A stretch of 57,429 nucleotides of DNA, filler included, from Sphacelaria rigidula (GCA_964200075.2; 8 parts of 8 records of this genome joined end to end with filler, not necessarily neighbours in it), one strand, 5' to 3'. Positions 12,712 through 26,389 are shown, counted from the whole stretch's first letter. Translations and numbers: made by a program. Notes: generated by a model not told the origin, from the sequence alone.

Positions 12712-12845
12712 CCCCGGCGTGTGCTTACAGCTACACGTCTATATCCTACTCAGGGATACCGAAAGGGCCTCAGAGGCAAGCTACTACAGAAAGCATATCG
12801 GGCCTCTGGGAGGGGCATTCCGGAACAGAAACGATGCATTCACTA
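12712..12845 (+). repeat. Interspersed repeat fragment
   Basis: CGTGTGCTTACAGCTACACGTCTATATCCTACTCAGGG...CAAGCTACTACAGAAAGC matches about 35560-35682 in reverse. Confidence 0.55.
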
Positions 12846-13065
12846 ATTGAAAGCTTTTCACTCTCAATCGTATCCTCTACTCTCAATCTCACGAAAACAC
12901 TGTTTCATGTACGTCAGCACTACACACAACCCCAAGGTCTTTCCGACCGCCACAACCGTTATTTTGATCATCCCCCATCCCTTCACCACGACTGGAACTG
13001 GTACTACCACCACCACTACCACTACCACCACTATTCCATTTCTTCTCTCCTCCCTTGAACTTCAC

Positions 13066-13270
13066 CTGAGGCATGCGAGCGATGGACGCGTCAAGCTGCG
13101 CCTTCGCCGCCACACCCCGCACCTCCTCATCTGAGGCTTCCAGATTACCGTATCCGATGTTGTACCCTATAGTGTCGTTGAAAAGCACCGTATCTTGCGG
13201 TACAACCCCGACAGCACGCCTCAGGCTAGACAGCGATACCCCCTTGATGTCTTGCCCGGCGATCTTAATG
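13066..13270 (-). CDS. ATM1: ABCB (ATM1/ABCB7-like) transporter, exon with Q-loop
   Basis: TAG|[42 protein letters not shown]...RMPQ|GTGAAG; joins in frame to [10 protein letters not shown]. The 5' exons and last exon were not found in this contig. Confidence 0.92.
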
Positions 13271-14383
13271 CTACGGACGGGTACGTGGACAAAGTCGGGT
13301 AGGGAACACAGACGAGAGGAGGGGGTCGCATACACTAGGGATAGTAAGCTTGATATATTGGGGTTGGGATCAGGGCTAGGGTTTAAAGGTTGGAGTTTTC
13401 TGTTTTGGTCGAGTGTTGATATCATAGACGACTACTGAGGTATGTATCGGCTGATCTAGACAGTTTTTTCTGTGACCGAGAACCAACGCTCGGATGGGTA
13501 GGGTGACTCGTGTACAGAGTCGAGCCGAGGGACATTGAAAGGAGACTTGCTCGGTGAGGAAGACCTTACCTAGTTCAGGACGAGGGATACTTTCGAGTCC
13601 GAGACTTCCTGGGCGGGGGGGTGGGGCACCCTTACCTTGGTTCTCACACGTACACCGGAGCACCTTTATGACTACTCGGCCTTAGATTTAGGTTGGAATG
13701 CGCGGCGAGATTGGGTGCACTCAACTGCGCTGCACGAAATTAGAAATAGCGAAGTGCACCAAGAAGGTTCCTACCTATCTCCTGGGGACGAAAAATATAC
13801 ACATGTATACATGCATTTTGATACATATATACTTCCTCTGGCCGGCATTATAGGTCGGATTTGGACACTATGCGGCGTAGCTTGGCCCCATGGTACTCTT
13901 TTTCCAAACCGTTTTCCTCTTTGCATCTTTTGTACTGGCGCGGCGCATTCAGAACCGCTGTTTTTGAAAGTTCCCTCCAGAAAACCTTGTGTCACCCCAC
14001 CAGAAGTCGCTCGAAATCACCACCCCAACTTTGAGGCCCCGGTCACAAGCCTTCCCGGCTGCTGGTGAAACAAGTCCGCTGCGGGGAGTGCGGACCAGGT
14101 GCAGAAACGCGAGAATTTCAATAACTCCAAAAAAGGTCAAGTGATTCGGGGACCTTCTCGCTGGCAGCAAGAACGGCGTCCCGGTGCCCGGTGCGCAAGC
14201 TGAATTTCACGATTTCCCCCAATCAGGGGACGATAATGAACCACCCCCCCCCCCTCCCCTCGTCTCGTGGTTAGACATCCATGNNNNNNNNNNNNNNNNN
14301 NNNNNNNNNNNNNNNNNNNNNNNNNNNTTAATTAATTAANNNNNNNNNNNNNNNNNNNNNNNNNNNNNNNNNNNNNNNNNNNN

Positions 14384-14548
14384 TCACGTCACACAAACCC
14401 AGTCGACTACTCTGTTTACTCACGTTCTCACGCTTTCCAGGGTGGAAATCATACATTACGAAGAGAAAACCCAACGCATCGGGAATCAAACCCCCGGTCT
14501 CTCCACCCTAATGACAGTCGGGCCATTACACCGCCGGGGCGCGGCGGC
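14384..14548 (-). mobile_element. tRNA-derived SINE, family 2 (5' part)
   Basis: Reverse-complement match to 42355-42530; GGCGGTGTAATGG A-box and GGTTTGATTCCC B-box. Confidence 0.75.
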
Positions 14549-14569
14549 TCGCATGGCTCGATATTAGGA

Positions 14570-15203
14570 GTTGGACGCTGAAATTTTGACAGCAGCTTTT
14601 CAAGATCGAAATGCAGAAGATCACGTGAGCAGCAAAGAAAAAAAGAAAAAAAATTATGAGCATTTGAAATTTCACAAAAACAAGACAATGTCGGAAGTCC
14701 AGGAAAAAAAGGAGAATCTGCAGCTGCTCACGTGAAGTATTATATTAGTTCCTTGGGTGCAGAGGGTCTACCTGAAATTTCAGCTCAAGAGTCGTCGAAT
14801 CGGGCCGTGCGTCCAACATTTTCCGTGACGCTGCTGCACCCCTATAAATCAAGTGATGGGAAGCTCCAATTATGGAGGTCATGAGTTCGAATCCCGACAG
14901 ATTCTCTTTTTTTTCGTCCGTGGTTGAGGTTATACATTATGCAGTCCATTTTTTCAAAAAAAAAATCATTCAGCGGCGGTGCCGTGTCTTACCAGGTTGG
15001 TCTACACTTCACAGTGATATGCTTAGATCGGGTTCATTCGGGAAATTGGGAAAGCTGTGGTGTGAGCAACTTTTTACCCGCTTTTAACCCTTAGACCGCG
15101 AGGTTAGTCTTCTGTTGAATCGGCATCAATTTCAAGTGAAGAAAAGTATGCATGATCCAGAAAGACTAATCTCGCGGTCTAAGGTTTAAGGTGGCCCAGC
15201 TCG
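14570..15203. mobile_element. Diverged copy of the 474-1087 mariner-like element (left end missing)
   Basis: Collinear similarity blocks and right end TGGCCCAGCTCG-TA. Confidence 0.65.
15088..15185. mobile_element. 98-bp piggyBac-like MITE
   Basis: TTAA-CCCTTAGACCGCGAGGTTAGTCTT...AAGACTAATCTCGCGGTCTAAGGT-TTAA; TTAA duplication, absent from the homologous site in 474-1087. Confidence 0.85.
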
Positions 15204-15299
15204 TAGAACGTCTCGACTTTGTCACCATCCGCGTGCCCATGCCCTAGACGACGAGCAGAAGCACTCCGTTCATTGAAAAGCTCATCAATCACCACAAAC

Positions 15300-16960
15300 G
15301 GTAGGTGTGAAACCTCAGCTGCTGCCAGTAGAGTCGCCCGATGGACAGGGTGTTATTCCAGCATGACTGCAGCCCGCGATCACAGGAAACCTCCATAATC
15401 TACCAGCGATATTCCAGTCCCTTGCTGAGTAAAAAGGGCGTTTCAACGACCGCACAATCATCCTAAAGCACCCAGTGATGTGTCCCGACCACCCGTTCGA
15501 TTGCTCAGCTGTTACGGCTTTTCTGCGGTACAGCTGTGCCGAGCGTGCAGTGATGAGGCCCAAATCCTCCGTACGTTACAGACGTGCACTCGTCTCTCAT
15601 TTTCGCTTTCAAACTTTATCGTTGAACGTCCACATTACTCAAAGGGTAGTCTACGGACGGTTCATTGGTCATCCGCATCCCGAGTTTAGTTACTCGTGAA
15701 GGTAATGAGTGGATGATGACGCAACGACGCTGTGTGACATATCCCTATTTGGAACTGTTTCATTCCAATAAGAAACAGCCTTGAGCAAAATTTGAGGCGG
15801 CGGGGGGGGAGGGGGGGGGGGTGCCTCATCTCACTTGGATTTCCGTTCAAGATTCCAACCGACCCACATGATGATGCTTCAATGTTGTCGTGCCTCTCTA
15901 CCGCAACCCGCATTGTGACAGCCCACAATTTCACATACACAGCGACGATTGGAGTCAGATCTCTTGGATGAGTTGCCGACACAATTTCTGGGGCAGCGTA
16001 CCGAGTCTTGGAGTATAGAGTTGACCATGGTCAGCGTGGTGCCGTCGTTGGTGACGGGGTTCACGTATTCGCACCGATATTCTGGGAAAACATATGTTCA
16101 TAAGAGTGGGATGTCGGTAATGATAAGGGGATGTTGCTGTCTTGAATCTGGAATACTTGTAGCAGTTGAGGATCCTGTACTATACAGGCTATACGGTACA
16201 ACTGTACTGTGCAGCTCAGTTTGTGGAGCACCGGGAGCGCGCGGGAAATATTGACAGGTCGCGACTGGACTGAACAGTGCACTACTGTATAATAGTATAC
16301 TGTGGCAGCAAAGCGGAGTTCAGCCGTGTTGTACACACATAATTTAGCTTTGAAGTATGAATCCAAGTGCGACAGCAGTCATGCAGATATCCACTCAGTC
16401 CATCGCTTGTTTGCTTCGCCAGTACTGCACTTTGGTACGGACAGCATCGTGGCTTTGATTCAATGACTTCATTCCTGTGTTGTACGCGGTACTCTGTAGG
16501 AGTCAAAACAGAATAGTACTGCTCCACATCACAGCAGCTGTGAGGGTCGCACACATCCCAAGTGAGGCAGCAAATGGCAGTAGGCGGTAGCAACGGGTTG
16601 AAGGTCGCTCTCCGGACCCTACATTGCTGACCCAGCAAACCTGTTGTACCCGAATCCTCCTCCAAGATTTATGCAACACAATCGAGGGTATCGATATATT
16701 ATTTGCCCTCGAGCAGCACAATTGGGGAGGGGGATACGAACTTAACATAGTAAAACTGCGGAGAAGGTCAGCTCATGTTGATCTCGAAATAGTTCATCCT
16801 GGAGAGGCAATCAAGGACAGCCGTGAATGCCTCGGCCTCAGGGTTGAGGGCAGCGAGGTCACAGCGTACAGAAAAATGTGGTCGTCGCCGAGCTCAGAGC
16901 CCTCAAGGCCTACGCGTTTGCTGCTGGAATTGACCTTTACAAATGTCTCGATCTAAGCTC
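15300..16960 (-). pseudogene. Possible highly degraded Ty1/copia gag-protease-integrase remnant
   Basis: Faint motifs in copia order (ELGDDHIFLYAVTSLPS gag-like; AVTAEQSNG...RLW...ITP integrase-like), with many stops and frameshifts. Confidence 0.25.
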
Positions 16961-18627
16961 ACTGGTGGGCTATGGTTGCTCTTGACGATCTCCGAACACG
17001 TGGAGCTGGCGTTCGCTACGAAAGCACGGACGGGAAGTGGAGGCGTGAAAGTAGGCAGCCGCTGGTCGTGTCGGATCTTGGGGTTGCTGCGCGAAGACTG
17101 GGCATGCCGACTTGTGGAACATCTGGTACCTTATTTGACCTCAAAACGGCAGAAGTCGTCACCGCATGTCTTCGACACTGTACATCGCCCTACCTAGAAA
17201 ATGTTAACACCATTATGTGTCGACTCGCTAGGCTACCAAGTATCGCAAACGATGATTTTTGCCACCGTGCTCATTGAAGATTAGAAAGATGAAAACATGA
17301 TTTGGACGATTTTGCAGAGATCACTTCGGGTCGCAAATATATTCATGCGCGGTTGGATTTTTGGCAGTTGACAAATAGGGAAAAAAACCCAAGGGTCCAG
17401 CGAATCGGAAAAGTAAGTCAGGCTCCTCTCACCGGGGTGATGCATAGTGTCCAAGATAAATGGCAGTGATATATCCTGGTTTGGGGTCGAAGGCAGTGTC
17501 AAGGGTCCAATGACTCAAATGTTTCTACGAAAAAAAAAACGTATCCCTTGACAACCTTTGAACGGAGAAATCACATGCTCGGAATTTTTCCATCGACCGT
17601 TTTCCACTTTCACTGGAAACTTCTGGAATCGCTGGACATTGAAAGGAAGGACAGGTCGTTCATGGGAAATAAAAGCCTTACTTATACTGCCAGGGTAATT
17701 AATATCGGGGTATATAATGGTTTTAGAGGCTGCTCATATTTTGGTCGAAAACAACACAGCATTTCAGCAGTAGCACAACAACCACCTACTGTAAAGGTGG
17801 CGGATACAAGAAAAAAAAAAACGCGTTCCCTGTACCAGTGCCGATTCAAGCGCCACACACCGCATCTCGAGCCGCCCGTGCCGTACGGGAGTAGACTGGA
17901 AACAGCCCGATAATTTCTTCGTATATATTAGCATGTGCTCCACACGTGCGTTGGGTCACGAACTCTGGAACACTCAGTATTTTCTACAGTTGATATGCCA
18001 AGCACTCGGGACTACTGAGTGGTGAACATCCCCTGGATGTACCGAGTACCTGGAGCATCGTACCCTATCCCAAGCCCGTTGAACGTGACTAAAAAAATTG
18101 TCCCACTTGTTTGTTCCCATAAGATGTGGTCTCAGGTGTGTTCTCGGCAAGGAAGCGCAGACCCAAGCGCAGGAAGATGCAGTTAAATAAAATAAAAAAC
18201 TTAAACGGCACCAAAACTGCGGAGCCATAGCTCTGGGTAGAGATCGTTGCCGAAGACGGCTTCTTTCGGGGGATCGGGTTTCCTGTTCCGCTCGTACACG
18301 ACGAAAGGTTAGGAAACATGAAATGTTCCCTGCCTAAGCAGAGAAGACCATGTCAAGCGCCCGTTAACCCTTTTGGAACTCGCGAAAAGCAGTACAACTC
18401 CCATGTGCGAGCTTTCGTCACCGCAAAACGTCACTTCGAGTTCGGTGCGCGAATCTGTCGCAGTAGTACACTTAAACTTAGAGTGGTGCACCGCTTTTGG
18501 TGGGCTGTGTCATCAACAGTTGCATAAAAACAACCATATCTTGCCCAAGGAAAACGTCACGTGTAAATCGTCATTTTTCCATCAACGGTTCAAAAAGGGT
18601 TGGCCTGGAAATTGATACCTTTTGTTG

Positions 18628-18816
18628 GGCCCTGTCTTAGCACATTGGTTTTCGATCGAAATTGTGCGCTGGAAAGCAAAAATCTCGATCTGATAGGTCG
18701 TAATTTCAACCATCGTCGTTAATTTTGAAGATGGTTATAATCATGACCCATCAGATCAGGATTTTTGCTTGCCACCGCACGTTTTCGATCGAAAACTCAT
18801 GTGCTAAGGCAGACCC
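18628..18816. mobile_element. Tourist-like (PIF/Harbinger) MITE, 189 bp
   Basis: Nearly whole-length imperfect palindrome; flanks TTG/TTA. Confidence 0.75.
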
Positions 18817-20843
18817 TTAGTGCACCAATTTGCTTGAATCCGTAAAACCGTCAACATGGTCGTGCAAAACATGTGTTTCGAGCGGCACGATGTTAAATCA
18901 CCGGAAGAGAACACCCGGGTCATAGTACGATTGATACGGTTTTCGACAAGCGTCGGACGAATAATGATGAATCTCGACATTATTTGCTCCAAGTGTGATT
19001 GATTCGTATCGTGCGAATCAGTCCTTTGTTTTGGTTTTCAGCGTCGCACCCCAGGTACGCGCACCCACGGCACGTGGAATAGCGCAAAATTTGCGTAGAA
19101 ACTTTTGTCGACCCGCGGTTAACGTTTATTTTTCACTTTCGAGCGATCAGGCCTCAGATATCGTAGATTTGGTGATTTCAACCAGCGATGATTCGTCTGA
19201 TCCTTGGTCTTCTCCCAGCTACTCCAGAAATCCTTCAATAAACTAGAGTTTTGACAACCTGATCCTTGTAGAAATTCGTCTTCAAAAGAGGTGGAAACTC
19301 AACTCCCCCAGATATACGCTTCTTAAATATTTGCTGCCATAGCAATCTCGTTTATTGTTGCTGCCCCCATGTTCTAACGTGTGCACCCACACCTACTGTT
19401 CCGCATGCCGTGTATCATGCCACCTTATGATGTGTGTCACCGCTCTGGCAGAGGCAACTGGCTTGGGGGCGGTAAGGTACGTCATGGTGAGGTATGTAGC
19501 CTCTCCTCCAATCGCTTACTGTTACAACCGTAGTTCCAACATACAACGTGGTTGCTTGACGCATTGTCTCTCACGAAACGAAGTCGACCCTCACCTCCGT
19601 TCGCTGTGAATTTGTTAGACATGTAGTGCAACGCACATTTCACCGGCGATCATCCGTGAACTTTCGAAAAGCTGAACATCATGACCACGCATATATTGAA
19701 TACAGCCCGTCTAGCTCCGACGTGGTCAACGCTAATAGCAGGTACTCAGACACATAGTTATGGGTTCAGGGTACAGGCGAGAAAAAAAGATGAGACCACG
19801 TCAGCCTCGCAAAGCCCCTGGAGTACACCGAGTACTTCGAGTTTTCGGCCTACACGCACGTTCCGGTCATCAACACATCGCGTGAGCTGCCGGAGGCGTT
19901 GCCTTGTCTTGAGCTGACCGCACTCACCATTGTGCTAATGGAGCGAATGATCTCTCGGGGCATGAGCCTGGCATTAGAGTAGGACCACCAGATGATCTCG
20001 ACACCATTGGCGTGCTTCGAGAAACTGGGACGCATGCGTGTATCGACCGGGGTGTCGGGTTGTGTCAAGGGGGCTAGGCAGGCGCAACTGTTTCTGCGGT
20101 CGATAAACGGTCGACTACCGAGGGAGAAGCGTACGGCACGGCATCCAACTTCCGGCATTACGCAACACGTCTGTGCTGCACACGCCGTGAACTAGGACGA
20201 TGCGAACAAAACATAGGCGTAAATCTACATCTTGGAACCACAGCTGCATTTTGCAGTGTGCGGCTCTTCCAAGGCCAAAAAGTGCGCGGAAATGAAACTA
20301 TTTACGAGTAGCACCGACTGGTAGAACACCGCTGTCTCTGGTGAAGGCCTCATTGAAATATCACCTCACTAGTCGCAGGCGCTCCATCGCTTAAATGTTC
20401 ATCGATTTTTTCCGCGTGTTTTTCATTTTATTTTGAGCAACGGTTGCTGTGCAACCGACAACACGGGCTGGGGCAGAGCACAAGCACATAGCAAAGCACA
20501 TTACGGTACGGCACGGTACAAGAAATAACACTCCACGTACGAAGTGATCAAGCCATGCAGCGGTGACGCATTTCCTAAACGCCAGCGACAAGCATACATC
20601 TCTCGGCTAAACCGTAGAATCTCCTGACAGAAGTTGCATAAAGCTCGATTGAATTGCACAGCAGCCTGCCTGAATGCACTCCCATCCTGTCTGCAGCAAC
20701 GATATGGCCGTCAAATATCGCGATTGTTTACAAGATAAGGCACAGTACAGTGAGTGCAAACAGCTCTAGCCGAGGGGCATTATTAAAGTGATTCATCGAA
20801 TTATGTTCATGTGTGTGTTGGCCATACCGGTCCGTAAATGTTT

Positions 20844-21432
20844 CATACATCAGACGAGCACGAGTGTGACTCGTGGCACTCGCACTCGTTGGGCTGCTTG
20901 TTGGTCGTAAAAATGAATAGGGCGAGCACTCGAGTCATTGCTCATGATGAACGACTTCAGTGGAGGAGTCAGCAATCCGACGAGCGAATCTTGAACCAAG
21001 AATCTTCAAGTTCATATGCATATCTGCACATGTACAGGTGTCAACCGCAAACACGAGTGTCCAAGTACTTGCCTGCGCGAATGGCGGAACTCGACGACTT
21101 GGATGTATCCATCGTCGCGGAAGCCGAAGACGAGAGAAATGTAGTTCCGTCAGAGGCGGATACCCCAGGGGCTGGGGCGGGGGTAGAAGAAGCTAAGATA
21201 TAGACACCTTGACAGATGTCCGTTGGTGGTTATTTTACTGAATGTTTTTTTGGTGGACGGAGCGCTCGAGTCATTGCTCGTTGGGGAAAAAAAAAAATTA
21301 AGGCGAGCACTCGAGTCATTGCTCGTTGTGGAAAAAAGTAATGACTCGAGCACACGAGTCATGTTCGTTGTGTCTTGGAAAAACACCCACGAGTGCACTC
21401 GTCTAAACAACGAATGACTCGTCCGACCTGTG
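20844..21432. mobile_element. Non-autonomous hAT-like element, 589 bp
   Basis: Exact 8-bp TSD AAATGTTT (20836-20843, 21433-21440); imperfect TIR CATACATCAGACGAG / CTCGTCCGACCTGTG; repeated CTCGAGTCATTGCTC subterminal motifs. Confidence 0.8.
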
Positions 21433-21577
21433 AAATGTTTGGTGAAGATTGATACGACAAATGGGGGGGGGGTGNNNNNNNNNNNNNNNNNNNNNNNNNN
21501 NNNNNNNNNNNNNNNNNNTTAATTAATTAANNNNNNNNNNNNNNNNNNNNNNNNNNNNNNNNNNNNNNNNNNNNCTG

Positions 21578-21660
21578 GTCCGGCGAAAACCCGGCGTGCT
21601 CCGTCCCGGCTTTGTAGGGATGCGAGGTCAATGGTCTCATGATTATGAGTACACCCCCTC
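21578..21660 (+). mobile_element. C-tract-associated short repeat, subfamily B
   Basis: GAAAACCCGGCGTGCTCCGTCCCGGCTTTGTAGGGATGCGAGGTCAATGGTCTCATGA...GAGTACACCCCC. Confidence 0.75.
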
Positions 21661-22881
21661 TTCTAAAAACGTGCCCCCCAAATTCCCCTGAATGGGAATT
21701 GTTTTATACACCCCGAACGGCAACATAGATGTACCGTTGACAGGGGTACATGCAAAGGCTCATCACACAAGCCAACACAGCGGCAAAACTGAGAACGTGG
21801 TGCCCCCGCAAACCAAAAACACGAGTCGAGCCATAGCTGCTCATCACCTGAGCATGTTGTGCGTGATCTTGCTCGAATCTGTTCAGAATTCAGTGAGGAA
21901 CGATGACTTGTGTAAGACGCGCGCACTTTACACGCGCAAAAACGGTCATAGCGGAACGATTTCGGTTGTAATTTGAAACGCACGCAGACGCGATGTCTTC
22001 AATACAGAATGGATATAGGCCAAAAAGCGACTGCCGTGTGTAGAATAGCAACGGTTAGCGCTAGAACTAACGCGCGTGAGCGTGGATACCTGTGCGTGTT
22101 TCTCCGGAGCTCGGTGTGTAGGTGTTGTGTTCTCTTGTCGCATGTGAGTTGATCCCCCAGGTAGTCATGATCCAGTCGTGGTCATTATCCACATGATACA
22201 CGTACCCAACATAAAAACGACACATAAATGTCTGCACAAGCAGCAGTACATTATTGGACTAACGATCACTGTCAGGACCGACGCATTTTTTGACTCCCGT
22301 GCAGATCTGAGGTTCGATCTAGACAAAACAGCTCTTCCACCGGATCCGAACTTCGTGGGGCAATCCCCTTTCGAAAGGGGATTTTCGAAAAGGGGATAAT
22401 GCCCTTCGAGAAGAGCCCGCCTAATGGGTGAGAGCCCCCAAATCCTACCGCACCAGCTGCTTGTTGAATAACGCCTCACTTTTCAGTGATCATGTCGAAC
22501 TTATCGTTAGCATGAAATCGAACTGTTTTCGACACGATATCCAACACTTATCCTTGGCGCATGAAACGAAGTGTCGGCGAAGAGTAGAACGTGAATCCTT
22601 CGAAACGCTTCTTTCCAGATTGGAGGTCAGTTCCTCGTTTTCTGCAGTCTTGACTGAAACGACGTATCACGAATATCATGAAATTGCTGCAATTGAAACA
22701 ATGAGGCCCTCACTGTGGGAATAATATGCTGTCCAGTTAGTCATTCCGACAGCATCAAATCCAAATGTAGGTGCTGACTCATAAGCTGACACACACAAAT
22801 AACGCTATATTGCGGCGGTCAACACGATGAGGGAGATGCGTGCTATGTTGTACTTGGATTCCGGGGCGCGCTTCGGAGTAG

Positions 22882-23255
22882 CCAATCGCCCGGTGGCTCA
22901 GTTGGTAATCTTGAAACCTTCTGACGATTTGGTCGTGTGTTTGGATCTCGGTGCAGTCACACGATCTGGGATTTTTTCTCACACAAAGCCCAAGAGTGGG
23001 GGGCGACTTTGTCATGGGTACACAAATTCGACTTCACCGTCGACGAGGGAAAGGCACTGCTTAACCCCTCGCGCGACGAAAAGTAAGGCAAGCACCGCAG
23101 AAGGTGGATAACTACAGTAGAACAAAATAAAGACGAAAAAACTCCTGTGTTGGCCTTCCTCTTGTGTGACCCCAACTAATGCGCCCACATAGACCGAAAG
23201 GTGTAGACTAGCGTCCAGAATAGATGGGATGACAACTCACACACAGCACAGCACA
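22882..23255 (+). mobile_element. tRNA-derived SINE, family 1
   Basis: GGTGGCTCAGTTGGTA A-box head, shared body, CA-rich tail. Confidence 0.8.
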
Positions 23256-24837
23256 GTCCTCATCATGGCAACCCGTCATCCGTGAAGCAGTCCAATGTAG
23301 TGGGGTCATGGGGCTTTCGAATTGACCAATTCCCCACGTCGTCCCCATTCCCTTCGACTCCCCATCAAGAATCGAGGACGTTCTGTACTTTGCTCGCATA
23401 GAGCTATTGGCTGAATCGTCCGTCGGTCATATCTGGAGGTGGGCACCGTCATCCCCACAGAAAATCGGTTACCAGATAGGAGGGGTTGTTCTCATGTTAG
23501 AAAGCCCGGCTAAACCGTATTTTTCCAGCCGGTTTGACATGATGAGCAAAGGGAAATGCCTCTACATCATTGAATCGCAGGTAAGAAAGGTGCTGTTGTG
23601 TGTTTCGTGTGTGGTGGGTGGATGATTGATACAGTACGCTGAAACACACCCACTGTCAGTGACGGCAAGGTTCAATCTCACACCTCCGCACCCGTGCAAC
23701 ATCTGTCGAACGTACAGCACAACACTGGCTGGTGACACCTATTTTAATGCTTCATGGTAAATGATATTGGCGATTACTTGAGCAGCTGCTGTTCGAAACT
23801 TAAAACTCGCACGGACAAATCGACGAGGCATCAAAGGCAGCACGAGAGACTACCTACCCTGTGCGAGGAATGTGAAGAATCTCCGGCGTGAGTATAGCGT
23901 TCAAGCCAACATAGGAGTGCCGAAAGGGAAAACTCTGCACCCCACACCCGGTCCGTCTCTCTACAACTCAATGCCCGAAAATATGAAAATACGAGGGAGT
24001 AGCAGGGGTAATGCTCACCCTCAACTTACACGGAAAAAGCGCAGCACCTTAGACAAACTCTAATGGGAGCCGCTCGAAAATCCTGTCAGCGACAAACAGA
24101 CAACAGACCATCTTCAACGTCAAGCTACTGTAATGCACTGCTGTGCAGTCGCGTGCTTCTGCTAGGATACCACCATTCTGCCAGTCCAACGGGATCATGT
24201 CTACGGTAGAGGGTCGAAGCGCTGCTGGTTCTGCACCTGCTGCATCATCCACCGCCCCAGCTGCCGCTTTCGAGACACCGCTGCAGCATTCGGAAACGCA
24301 GCCGCCTGCAACAGCCCGGTCCCCGGTCCTTGTCCAAGAAATAAAATTCAGTCCCAACCAACCATCCTCAAACAATCTTTGAAGAACAAACTTATCAACT
24401 AATATATAATAATAATTATAAATGAAGCTCCTCATACTTTTTTTATAAGCTTTGAATTATTTTTCAAGCCCCGGTCTGAAGTTTTATAGCGCAAATTAGG
24501 CGCGCTTTATGCGCCTTATTCTCGTTCTTGTTGTGGTGTAACAATAATCAACTGTTTAATCAACTAATCATCATGTACGTGATAATAAATCAAGATGGTA
24601 CACAGTAGCAGAAATCGAGAGCGGTTGAGTTTGTTCTCGAAATGAGAAGATATTTTAATACTTTGGTTATGACGCATGCACCTCTTTTTCATCATTCCAG
24701 ACATGAAATTGATGTCGCACGCAGCTATGCCACGGCGCATGCACGTGCTACACGCAACACTCGTATTCGAATTGGCACCACTTGCGTAGAGTGAAGAACG
24801 AGCAAAACGGAACTAGAGCAATTCCAAGGCACCATGC

Positions 24838-24991
24838 CTCGTCCATTTGAGGCATCTAAGGCATGAAATCGGGTCTAAGGCATCACCTTAAATTTTGCCT
24901 GACCCCGATTTTTCGACTGCGGCGGGCCCTCATTCATTTGCCTTAGAAGTCGGGGTCTAATGTTGATGCCTTAGAATAACAAACGGTCGAG
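24838..24991. mobile_element. Degenerate MITE-like inverted repeat
   Basis: CTCGTCCATTTG...TCTAAGGCAT against ATGCCTTAGA...CAAACGGTCGAG. Confidence 0.4.
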
Positions 24992-25040
24992 TGATGAAAG
25001 AACAGGGGAAGTTATACCAGTATCTTCATCACCAGACCGC

Positions 25041-25562
25041 TGTTACTGAATATGCAAGTTTGGTTAAACTAAACCTTCGGCCGCCTCGGCCAGCGGAAAT
25101 GTAAACTTGCCCTGAAACGGCCTCAACGAGTAGAGCAAATCATGTCAAGGCGTCAACATCCGCCCACCAATGGACCTCGGCGCGAATAAGGAGGAGGGGT
25201 TGCCGTGGCACGCGGGAGTGCTGCAGGGAGCGAAGAGGTTCATGACCTCATGGCACAGAAATGATGAGGAGGCCAGCCGACTGCATGCGAATAGACGGGA
25301 GACCAACGAAGCCCACACAGCACAGCAATGACGACGGTCCAGAGGAGGGGGGTGGGGGGTGAACCCCCCTTATAAGGGGTGTCGTTATGTCTTGCAGTGC
25401 TTGTCTTGATACACCTGGTACGCTTCTACGCATGGCTGTCCCCTCGAAAGAACGAAAGATTGAACCTTACGATTCTTCGTTCTTTGGTTGGCGGTATCTG
25501 GGGCCTAGAGTGTAGCCCGTAGTCGGAACCTATCAACATTTCTGCCTGGCTCGCGCGTCGGG
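25041..25562 (+). mobile_element. Possible LTR (TGTT...AACA, 25041-25538) with PBS-like sequence
   Basis: TG...CA ends, internal CCAAT and TTATAAG, followed after 8 nt by TGGCTCGCGCGTCGGG. No second copy or TSD seen. Confidence 0.35.
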
Positions 25563-26372
25563 TTGGACAGCCGGGCGCCATCCTCTGAAGTTCGAATGGC
25601 CACCTGCGACGCCGGATCTTCTGAGGTCAGCCATATGTCTTCTCTTCTTTATTTTTCATCCTTCTGCTTGTATCGCGTTTTGTGAGTTTGAATCTGGATT
25701 CATCTTGTTTTTTGGTTTTGTTTGATTTCCACATACCTCATTATCGGCGGCTAGCCTGTGACCACGTAAGGCGTCGTCTGCATCAGTGCCCAATAGGAAT
25801 GTACTGCGCAGATATCGGGACTATTTCGATGTGAAGACAAGAACCACATAGCGTGTGACGTGCGGTACGCCATGCTCTTGTTGTCACACTTGGCCGAAAT
25901 TAGACCGGTTTGACCGAATAAAAACTCCAGAATTGTAGAAAGTCGGAACCGGAACCGGTAGAGGGCCGTCAAGTATCTGGGTTCCGACGGGTTATGTCGT
26001 CGTCAGAAACAAATTCTTCAGCAGTGCACGGACAAAAAGGAAGCCCATGCGACCATGTCATCAACGTACACAGCTGGCAACACTAGATTATTAGATAATG
26101 AAACATTTATCGTTACTGTCACGAGATTAGTTCACCCTCCAGTACAGCAGTCACGCGCACGGTCGGCACCACACGTACTGTTCAAATACATTCAACGCAC
26201 CCCCTCGTTCGACAAGCCGGACACGATGTTCGGTGAAACCCCCGCAGGCCCCCTCACCGGCAATGAGCTGTACTTTCGGTTATGGTAGCCGCAAGTCCAT
26301 CTTCGCATGCTTCGGGCAGACCGGATCTTGTATGTATACATATCGAGGCGCATTTTCACCTTGCTGGTGGGT

Positions 26373-26389
26373 GGTGTTGAGTAAACACC
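26373..26389 (-). terminator. Histone mRNA 3' stem-loop (H2B)
   Basis: GGTGTT-TACTC-AACACC then ACCCA, 60 nt after the stop codon. Confidence 0.8.

Noticed and set aside
13360-13392. Telomere-like GGGTT/AGGG repeats
   Set aside because: Short, degenerate and intronic.
19850-20195. GC-rich coding-looking segment
   Set aside because: No frame gives a recognisable motif or consistent splice sites.
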